Shown here: in pieces, positions 1 through 6,880 of the stretch | How the letters are laid out: each line of letters opens with the position of its first letter | Position numbering within the stretch: position 1 is the stretch's first letter | Position numbers and translations under genes: made by a program | Notes under the pieces: model-generated | The model's database searches: none | The model's input: the letters and a program-made list of their open reading frames with translations, nothing else | What the model was told of the DNA's origin: nothing | IMG/VR virus record: IMGVR_UViG_3300042321_002788 | Location: 62,001 to 82,806 of that record | Reading direction: 5' to 3' (one strand) | DNA: 20,806 nt | Source of the DNA: an uncultured virus (IMG/VR IMGVR_UViG_3300042321_002788) | Lineage: Duplodnaviria; Heunggongvirae; Uroviricota; Caudoviricetes

Positions 1-1
1 A

Positions 2-682
2 ATGACAACGACATTTAGAATAGTACAACAATTTTTAGACTCTGGCGATAGTGATAAAGCTAGAGAAGAAATTGATAGAGCTTTCCGCAATCTGAGAAAG
101 GTAGATAGTCATGTTAGAGAGTTTGCCGCTCTGTTGGCACTGGGATCGATCGAAGCTTTAGAAATCGGCTTAGGAGTATTGGGACGTAAGCTTCTACAGA
201 ATGACAGCGAGATTAATAATGAGGTTATTTGGTTATTTATTGCGTCAATTTTATCTCGCAATAGTATTCCCTCTGATAGTCCATCTAGAATCAGCCTACT
301 TGTTCTTACCGCTTCTGTCAATAGTTGGGAATTACCAATTTTTGCGCTTCTTGCCCCTGCCCTCGACGCTTTTTTTAAAGTTAGTCTTGCGGACGGAACC
401 CCTTTAATTGCCGAACAAACTCTTGATTTTTTGACCACTTGGGGAAGAATTTATGCTAAAGCACCTCATGTCAAAACACAGCTTCAAGAACTTCAATCTC
501 TTAGTAATAATCTATTAGAGCAAGTAGATGACTCAGAGTTAAAAGCTGAATGGTCAGAGGGAATTAATATATTTTTTGAAGAAGCCAGTACAGCCAAATA
601 TTCCGATAGTAATGTTTTTTCTGATAGTGGAGAATTGATTAAAAAAATTTATTCGTTTTTGGATCGTGAAAAGTTAGAATAA
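2..682 (+). CDS. Hypothetical helical protein (226 aa; may be 5'-truncated by the window edge)
   Basis: Long open frame with alpha-helical composition; no motif recognised. Confidence 0.6.
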   Translation: MTTTFRIVQQFLDSGDSDKAREEIDRAFRNLRKVDSHVREFAALLALGSIEALEIGLGVLGRKLLQNDSEINNEVIWLFIASILSRNSIPSDSPSRISLLVLTASVNSWELPIFALLAPALDAFFKVSLADGTPLIAEQTLDFLTTWGRIYAKAPHVKTQLQELQSLSNNLLEQVDDSELKAEWSEGINIFFEEASTAKYSDSNVFSDSGELIKKIYSFLDREKLE

Positions 683-708
683 GTTTACACAATAGAGGAG
701 GATTGATT

Positions 709-930
709 ATGTCCTGGTTAGATAGATTAAAACAAGAGAAAACGGAGCTTAAAGAAAGGCTGACTGCCTTAAACAAGGCGTTGGAATCGTCACATGAAAG
801 CATTTCATTAGAGCAACTAGCTCTTTTGGAACAGCAATCAGAGGCAATGCAAACGTATTTAGATATTTTGGTAAAGCGTTTATCGTTAATAGAAAGCGCC
901 AATTCAAAAATGAAGTGCATCAATGTCTGA
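709..930 (+). CDS. Small coiled-coil phage protein resembling the crAss001_48-like family
   Basis: RBS GAGGAGG at ~695-701 favours ATG 709; pattern RLxxEKxELxERLxxL...EQxxLLxxQxxAMxxYxxILxxR resembles that family (recognised from memory). Confidence 0.6.
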   Translation: MSWLDRLKQEKTELKERLTALNKALESSHESISLEQLALLEQQSEAMQTYLDILVKRLSLIESANSKMKCINV

Positions 931-1047
931 TGATAATTCATAGAATACCTCAAAAGAGGTTCGATAGTCAAGACATTTTCGAGGACGATGATTAATTAAT
1001 TCTACAGCTTTTTGAATTGGCGTAGTCCCTAATGGTCTTGATTCCAG

Positions 1048-3309
1048 TCAAATAATCGTTGCCAGTGATTCTTTAAAAGGCACTGGATAGCTTGAATTTT
1101 GAAAAACTCGTACTGTGTAAGCCGATTGGACTGACCCCCAATCGGCTATTTGTTGTGCCTCTGTGTAAACGACGCTTCGGGCTGACAATACTGACCATTC
1201 TCGTTTTATTGTGTCCCCATCGTAAATTCTGACTACATAGCTGTCCAACTCTCCTGCTGCGTAAGCAATATCAATATAGTCGATCCAACGACCATCTAAC
1301 CGCGTCCGTCGATACCAAGTAATAATTAAATCGTTGTTATCTTTTTCCCCTCTTACAGCACAAGGGAAAGGCTTTAATCCTTCTAAGGTGATTGTGTGAG
1401 AGACTTCCTCCTCTATATCAGTTTCAAGTAATCCATTAGGGACTACTTTTAATAAATATTCTCGATTAATATCAGAAAGATTTAAGGGGTATCGAACTAA
1501 ATAATTAGTCAGTAACACGAATTTTTCTCCTATTATATGCCTAGAGATAGCCGGTTCAGTTCCTTTGACTCCACGAATTGTATATGAAATATCAAAGGTT
1601 AGGGGATTGTTGGACACAATAGCAGCATTTTTAAAAGCTATAATTTCTCCAGTAGAAAACCAACCTAATTGTTTGCCTGATAGAAATGTTTCAAGAGTAA
1701 CTGGCTCTAATTGCCCTGAATTCATGCTTACTCGTATCCAATTTGAATCGTCAATAAAACTAGGAGAAGCGTTGTTAAAATTTGGGGAGAAGCTTAATAC
1801 AGTACCAGTTACGCTGTTGGCAACATTGCCAATAGCAAAATCATAGCTTAATCCGTTGTCATCAGAATAAAATAATGCTCCTCTGTTAAAACTAGAGTTA
1901 CCTTCAATCGCCACATAAATTCCCATGTCTGCATCTCGGCTACTAACTATTGGGCATTCAATAGGAATAGCGTTAGCGCGTCCGTAGGGACGAGGAATGT
2001 TATTGTCTGGTGGAAATTCGTTATCTATAGGAATATCTGGTAAATATCCTACTCCTTGAAATCGAGTAGCTTCAATTTCAATTAAATAATTTACTCCTCT
2101 TACTTTCTTTGTAATTTGCATCAATTCTTGATGATAATTGTTATTATTATCGGTAAAAATTATATCCCCAACCTTTAAATTTTCCCATGCTGGTAATAAA
2201 AACATTTTTGAAAAAGTTTTTGATTGCGTTTTCCCTAAAAAAAGAATTTTTGAAGCAATATTCATGAAAAGCATATCTATATCTATTAGCTTAGTTTGAA
2301 AACTAAGCTCGTTTGTGTGAGTATCTGATGGGTCTTTAGCTACTGCGGTAATAGTTTCATAATTTTTTAAAACATTTAGCCCAGATACCGTAACAGCACT
2401 AGGGGTTTCTCTAAAATGAGTCAGTTTTTTTTCATTAAGGTCAATAGGATTTTCTCCAAATTTTTTAGACCCAAAAGAGCTTTTAGGGATAAAAATAGGA
2501 TCAGATGATTGTTCTTGTCTTTTAAAAATGATTTTATCTTTTGGCTCCCCTGTCACAATAAAAAAAGCTCTCATAAGTTCTTCTAACTGATCAGCAAAAG
2601 ATGTCCCATCAAACAATAAATCAAATCCTTGAATTTGGTAATCATTAGGAATATCAGTTACGTCAATTTGATCGTCTGTTCTACCAGCTAATTTACAAAT
2701 AGTTTTCAAAATATTTTTTATTTTTGGATTGTTTCCACTTTCTCCAATCACTTCAATATCAATAGTAGGAAATCCAGTGCCGTCATAATTAGCAATCGGA
2801 TAATTATTAAAAACTAAAAAAGACATTCCAGTAAAAGCAGGTACTGGATTAGATTCTTTTGACTGAATTACTGACGATGGTGTAGTTTGATTGCCAGTAT
2901 AAATAGTTGTGTGTTCAATAAATTTTAGGCTTTTTTCGTCATTGGTTTCAGAGTTGTAAACAAGGACGCTATTCATCCAAACTCGCCTAACAGAGCCAAT
3001 TTTTCTAGCAATTGGATAAGCGGCTGTCAAAAAATAAGTGTAAACTTCGGTAGTTTGCCCACCACCACCACCTTTTCCGCCTTGTCTTTCGGACGTGACG
3101 ACTTCCTTAAGAGGAATCCCCCACATCATAGTTAGCCCTTCTTTCCTCACCCTTCCAAAAGGATAGGATAGGCTTCTGCCGTATTCAGCATCGGGAACAC
3201 CAGTATCCTCAATTTTTCCTTTTTGTTGGGTAGGGGGTTTAGGAGCAAATAGAGATAATAATAGGTTAGCTCCGATCCCTATTGCTACGGGAATGAGAAA
3301 ATTAGCCAC
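1048..3309 (-). CDS. Phage tail-tip/host-specificity protein (GTA rcc01698 / Phage-tail_3-like)
   Basis: N-terminal hydrophobic segment then YGxxLxxxFG, GGKGGGG, I-x-RVW-x-N, PAF-x-G, GEIIAF, RGxxGT and C-terminal WxRRTR...YT-x-A-x-Q-x-ADWG, typical of this family; GTG start. Confidence 0.85.
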   Translation of the reverse strand: MANFLIPVAIGIGANLLLSLFAPKPPTQQKGKIEDTGVPDAEYGRSLSYPFGRVRKEGLTMMWGIPLKEVVTSERQGGKGGGGGQTTEVYTYFLTAAYPIARKIGSVRRVWMNSVLVYNSETNDEKSLKFIEHTTIYTGNQTTPSSVIQSKESNPVPAFTGMSFLVFNNYPIANYDGTGFPTIDIEVIGESGNNPKIKNILKTICKLAGRTDDQIDVTDIPNDYQIQGFDLLFDGTSFADQLEELMRAFFIVTGEPKDKIIFKRQEQSSDPIFIPKSSFGSKKFGENPIDLNEKKLTHFRETPSAVTVSGLNVLKNYETITAVAKDPSDTHTNELSFQTKLIDIDMLFMNIASKILFLGKTQSKTFSKMFLLPAWENLKVGDIIFTDNNNNYHQELMQITKKVRGVNYLIEIEATRFQGVGYLPDIPIDNEFPPDNNIPRPYGRANAIPIECPIVSSRDADMGIYVAIEGNSSFNRGALFYSDDNGLSYDFAIGNVANSVTGTVLSFSPNFNNASPSFIDDSNWIRVSMNSGQLEPVTLETFLSGKQLGWFSTGEIIAFKNAAIVSNNPLTFDISYTIRGVKGTEPAISRHIIGEKFVLLTNYLVRYPLNLSDINREYLLKVVPNGLLETDIEEEVSHTITLEGLKPFPCAVRGEKDNNDLIITWYRRTRLDGRWIDYIDIAYAAGELDSYVVRIYDGDTIKREWSVLSARSVVYTEAQQIADWGSVQSAYTVRVFQNSSYPVPFKESLATII

Positions 3310-3344
3310 GGCTTTTTAAAAGATAGTATTTTCTCTATTTTAAG

Positions 3345-3426
3345 TGGATTGGGCTAGATTTGCACTAGCGTGGAATTACTCTACAGATTTACAGTCTGTC
3401 GCCTTCGACTACTCGGCCACCAATCC
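3345..3426 (-). tRNA. trnY: tRNA-Tyr (anticodon GUA), atypical D/T loops, CCA not encoded
   Basis: Minus strand: GGATTGG acceptor pairs CCAATCC, discriminator A; anticodon arm ACAGA-CTGTAAA-TCTGT; long variable region; T arm GCTAG-TGCAAAT-CTAGC. Confidence 0.9.
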
Positions 3427-3438
3427 TTGTTTAAATTT

Positions 3439-3467
3439 ATCTTACTATAATTCTTAATGCTTGTCAA
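3439..3467 (-). promoter_or_regulatory. Sigma70-type promoter for tRNA-Tyr
   Basis: TTGACA-N17-TAAGAT ending 13 nt upstream of the tRNA 5' end. Confidence 0.75.
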
Positions 3468-4011
3468 TCATATTGGTTTTTGATTCTTGATTCTTTTGAG
3501 ATTCTTGCAAATTAAGAAGTTGAAGCATTGCTTCTCCTGCGTCTTTACGCGCCATGTTACAAGTCCAGAGTCTTTGTTCATTGCGCTTGATAATGATAAT
3601 TTCTGTATTAGAAACTAAACAAACTAAATCATTTTTCTGTTTTATTAGTTGATTAATAGCTTCTAATTTTTGCTTTTGTTCTAATTCAGAAACGGGTTGA
3701 GGGTTTTCTCCATACTCTTGCGTGGAGAAAACAACAGCTAACATAACACTTTTTGTTTCTTTAAACTGAAAATGAATAATCTGCCAACTAAATTCACCAT
3801 CAGGCTCTAATTCTCGATTCCAAATATTTAGAAAGGTTTCTAAATAACCTTCTAATCCTTTTTGAGTTTGACGATTTTTATTAATATCACTGAAAAGTCC
3901 TTGATGCTGTTGAGGATAGTTTTCAACAGGTTTTACTGACTCACTATCTTGAATAGAGTAAGAATGACAAGAATTAAACGGAAACATAAAGGGCATATTG
4001 ATTGCTATCAA
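3454..4011 (-). CDS. Hypothetical protein resembling the C-terminal domain of N-6 DNA methylase/RM proteins
   Basis: C-terminal IIIIKRNEQRLWTxxMARKDAGE resembles the IIKPNxxRYWTxSxAxxDAD end of such proteins (from memory); no methylase motifs in the ORF. Confidence 0.45.
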   Translation of the reverse strand: MIAINMPFMFPFNSCHSYSIQDSESVKPVENYPQQHQGLFSDINKNRQTQKGLEGYLETFLNIWNRELEPDGEFSWQIIHFQFKETKSVMLAVVFSTQEYGENPQPVSELEQKQKLEAINQLIKQKNDLVCLVSNTEIIIIKRNEQRLWTCNMARKDAGEAMLQLLNLQESQKNQESKTNMIDKH

Positions 4012-4058
4012 GATATTAGGAAAGTTTAATAATTTGTTACAGATTAACTATATTAGAT

Positions 4059-4373
4059 TTATTCTCTGTAAAAATTAAGATTACACCAAAAGGAATCTTT
4101 CCAAAAATTTATCAATTGTATATTTTTTTCAGCTATTAATTTTCGCCAAAGACGAAAATTCTCAAAAAAATTATACCATCCAAAAGGAACATCTTCTCTA
4201 AGGGTAGTCCAAATAATAGGTAAATAGCTGTCGATAGGTTTATGAAGTTTGTTACAAACATAAACATAAAAACCAAAAGACAAAGTGTAAAACAACCCTT
4301 TGATGATTAACATAAATCCCCACACAGAAATTAAAAACAAATTCAAGATTAAGGTTATCGGTTTTATTTTCAT
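4059..4373 (-). CDS. Hypothetical membrane protein, paralogue of 5657-5950
   Basis: Hydrophobic N-terminus; shares DVPFGWYNFFExFRxW with the 5657-5950 ORF. Confidence 0.7.
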   Translation of the reverse strand: MKIKPITLILNLFLISVWGFMLIIKGLFYTLSFGFYVYVCNKLHKPIDSYLPIIWTTLREDVPFGWYNFFENFRLWRKLIAEKNIQLINFWKDSFWCNLNFYRE

Positions 4374-4429
4374 TTTTGGCCTTCAATAGATTTTAAAGTT
4401 ATTACTATATTACTTTACCACAATTAAAG

Positions 4430-4651
4430 TTATTTGTCTATAACTTTGATAAGAAAATAAATTAAATTTACTTTTTCCGATGTCAGTGTTTTGATTTTCA
4501 TTAAGATTTCTACTAATTTATCCTTAAGTTCTTTTTTAGTGGGTTTTGTGTTAGTTGGTTTGTAAATGAAAGTTTTAGCACTTCCATCTTGTTCTATTTT
4601 AGTTAAAGTGTATTTTTCCATTGTTTTATAATTTAATTTCGTCATCTCCAT
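4430..4651 (-). CDS. Hypothetical basic protein (true start may be ATG 4621)
   Basis: ORF in the packed minus-strand gene run. Confidence 0.5.
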   Translation of the reverse strand: MEMTKLNYKTMEKYTLTKIEQDGSAKTFIYKPTNTKPTKKELKDKLVEILMKIKTLTSEKVNLIYFLIKVIDK

Positions 4652-4955
4652 TCAAAAATCCCGATATATCAAAATGATACTCACTATCAGTATTTTGAGG
4701 AACTACTATTCCTCCAAATTCTAAGAGTTTATTGTCAAGGAATTGCTTGGATTGTTTTAAAGAGATGTAATTCTCTATGGCAAATTCTTTAGCACTAATC
4801 GGTTTTTTGTACCGATATTTGAAGTCTGTATCAAGTTTTTTGTTTCGAGTGTCAGACCACGAGAAATAGTTTATTGTTACTCCTGTCAAGAAACCAAGTA
4901 ATAAAGTTGATACTCCGAAAGCAAAAATTAAAATTTGATAAGTTTCATTGATCAT
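4626..4955 (-). CDS. Hypothetical protein with N-terminal transmembrane helix
   Basis: ILIFAFGVSTLLLGFLTGVTI hydrophobic segment; packed in operon. Confidence 0.65.
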   Translation of the reverse strand: MINETYQILIFAFGVSTLLLGFLTGVTINYFSWSDTRNKKLDTDFKYRYKKPISAKEFAIENYISLKQSKQFLDNKLLEFGGIVVPQNTDSEYHFDISGFLNGDDEIKL

Positions 4956-4978
4956 AGTGCCTTTTTTTAGGTGTAGGT

Positions 4979-5434
4979 TTATCTTAATATATCTAGCCCT
5001 CGATTTCTGATTCTTTGAGCAAAGTCTTTATTAAATACTTTTGATTTTTTAATCACAGTAATCTGATTGCTTGGCCAGTATTCTAGCAGAAAATCAACGA
5101 GTTCTATTGAAGTTGTGTGTATTCTAGCTTTTTTGCTGCATCCTTTTAGTAATTGGTAAAAAAGAAATAGTCCACTAAGCAGGTCTTTTTCAATTACCCA
5201 AAATACCAATCTAATTAATGTATTGCTAAGTCGCCAGTGTTTTAGAAGTTGGCATAGTTTTGTTTCCTCTAATTGCCAGTAACTGAAAAAATCCAAAACA
5301 TTAGAGATTACTGGGTAGTCGCTTCTACTTACGAAGTCAGATACTAGAGCATCGATTGCTTCTAGAGATTGACACATCCCGATAGATGCAATCGATAATC
5401 CCTCTAATTTATATCCTGAAATAATTTGTAGCAT
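4979..5434 (-). CDS. Hypothetical protein (151 aa)
   Basis: ORF in the minus-strand run directly downstream of the CRISPR array. Confidence 0.65.
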   Translation of the reverse strand: MLQIISGYKLEGLSIASIGMCQSLEAIDALVSDFVSRSDYPVISNVLDFFSYWQLEETKLCQLLKHWRLSNTLIRLVFWVIEKDLLSGLFLFYQLLKGCSKKARIHTTSIELVDFLLEYWPSNQITVIKKSKVFNKDFAQRIRNRGLDILR

Positions 5435-5492
5435 GGTTTTAAAGTTTTGTTTTGTTTTGTTTTCTTGCCTTAGTTTGCCTTGCCTTGTAATC

Positions 5493-5586
5493 GTTTCAAT
5501 CTCTAATAAGGCTTAAGCTTAATTGTTTCAGTCGGGCCGGGAGATAGCCTTTTGTTTCGATCAAGTTTCAATCCTTAGTTAGGCTA
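5493..5586 (-). CRISPR. Detached repeat-spacer-partial repeat unit
   Basis: Near-perfect repeat 5493-5529 (GTTTCAATCTCTAATAAGGCTTAAGCTTAATTGTTTC), 35-nt spacer 5530-5564, degenerate repeat starting 5565 (GTTTCAATCCTTAGTTAGGCT). Confidence 0.85.
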
Positions 5587-5656
5587 ACCATGTTCTCAAG
5601 AGAAATCCTAGCAATAAAGTTGGTATTGCAATAAGATAAATTTCGTGATTCATTAT

Positions 5657-5950
5657 TTATTCTTTATAATTATTAATAGTTTCCCAGAAATAAATTACTA
5701 GCAGAGATTTATTTCTTTTAAGTATTAGCTCTTGCCAAAAACGAAAACTTTCAAAAAAATTATACCATCCAAAAGGAACATCAACAAAAATACTATCTAA
5801 AATGATAAGTAGATACCTCTCGACAAAATTGCGTATTGTTAAGATTAAGATTAAAAAACGTGGTTTTATTTCCATTTCTTTTAGTTCCGCTTTGGTTAAT
5901 TTTTTCCTTAAAAATTGACTAATCTTTTTATCTAGTTGTGTTTGATTCAT
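5657..5950 (-). CDS. Hypothetical protein lying between the two array segments; paralogue of 4059-4373
   Basis: 97-aa ORF; 32 identical nt (5751-5782 = 4162-4193). Confidence 0.7.
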   Translation of the reverse strand: MNQTQLDKKISQFLRKKLTKAELKEMEIKPRFLILILTIRNFVERYLLIILDSIFVDVPFGWYNFFESFRFWQELILKRNKSLLVIYFWETINNYKE

Positions 5951-5975
5951 TGTTTTTTTTCGGGTTTAATATTTA

Positions 5976-6607
5976 GTTTAATCTTAATAAAGTTTAAGCT
6001 TAATTGTTTCAAAAGGAGATTAAAAATGTATAACGATTATACCAATGTTTCAATCCCTAATAAGGCTTAAGGTTAATTGCTTCCGATGCTGTGGCCTATG
6101 TAGAGGCTGCCGGTGAGGACTGTTTCAATCCCTAATAAGGCTTAAGGTTAATTGCTTTAATATCTCCCTTTAACTCAGACTGACCGATTTCTGTTTCAAT
6201 CCCTAATAAAGCTTAAAGTTAATTGCTTTTCATCATAGATCAGCAAGGTATTCAGGGAACTATGTTTCAATCCCTAATAAGGCTTAAGCTTAATTGCTTC
6301 ATCCCCCCGTACCCGTGCGGCCTCTACACAATACCAATGTTTCAATCCCTAATAAGGCTTAAGGTTAATTGCTTCTGACACAGAACCGAGTGAGGCTGTG
6401 GACATAGAGGTTTCAATCCCTAATAAGGCTTAAGCTTAATTGCTTCGCTCTCGCTATGCAGTTAGATAGTCAACAGGATAGTTTCAATCCCTAATAAGGC
6501 TTAAGCTTAATTGCTTCCCCCCTTATAGCGAGAGACTAGGGCATAAGCCCCATGGCGATCGAGCGTTAGAGTTTCAATCCCTAATAAGGCTTAAGGTTAA
6601 TTGCTTC
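5976..6607 (-). CRISPR. CRISPR array, 9 repeats of 37 bp and 8 spacers
   Basis: Plus-strand repeat GTTTCAATCCCTAATAAGGCTTAAG(G/C)TTAATTGCTTC at 6047, 6122, 6193, 6264, 6339, 6410, 6481 and 6571, plus a degenerate trailer copy at 5976-6010; spacers 36, 38, 34, 34, 38, 34, 34 and 53 nt; minus orientation inferred from the 3' ATTGAAAC end, leader position and trailer decay. Confidence 0.98.
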
Positions 6608-6880
6608 CCATCTTCCTTTAGCCTTTGATATAAAAGGGTTTCGGGTAAGGATTGCGCCCCATTCGCTAAAATTCAGTTTTCAAGGTTCTGCTCATTCCAA
6701 AAAATCAGGCTAGTAAATCCCAGATTGTAAGCTGGTCGGGGTTTTCGGGGATTGCGCCCCGTGATTTTTTAGAATTTCGCTTAGATGCCTTATTGGGTAA
6801 GGCTTCCAGGTTATTTATGCCGTGGCTATCCTCGCACGGCTGAGGTGGGGCGGAAGAAAAAATAAGGGATTGCGAGTCAT
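6608..6880 (-). promoter_or_regulatory. CRISPR leader, partly overlapping the 3' end of the nuclease gene
   Basis: GGGGCGCAATCC twice (6649-6660, 6749-6760) and CGCAATCCC at ~6866-6874; also GAAACCCTT and AACCTTGAAAAC, which resemble cyanobacterial leader motifs. Confidence 0.65.

Noticed and set aside
109..971. ORFs 109-438(-), 201-407(+) and 639-971(-)
   Set aside because: Shadow frames overlapping better-supported genes
3345..3426. tRNA as a prophage attachment boundary
   Set aside because: Phage genes lie on both sides, and no integrase or duplicated tRNA 3' end is in the window
5441..5490. TTTTG and TTGCC short repeats
   Set aside because: Low-complexity intergenic sequence with no further structure
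5530..6570. Self-targeting spacers within the window
   Set aside because: No convincing protospacer found by eye; an alignment is needed to exclude partial matches
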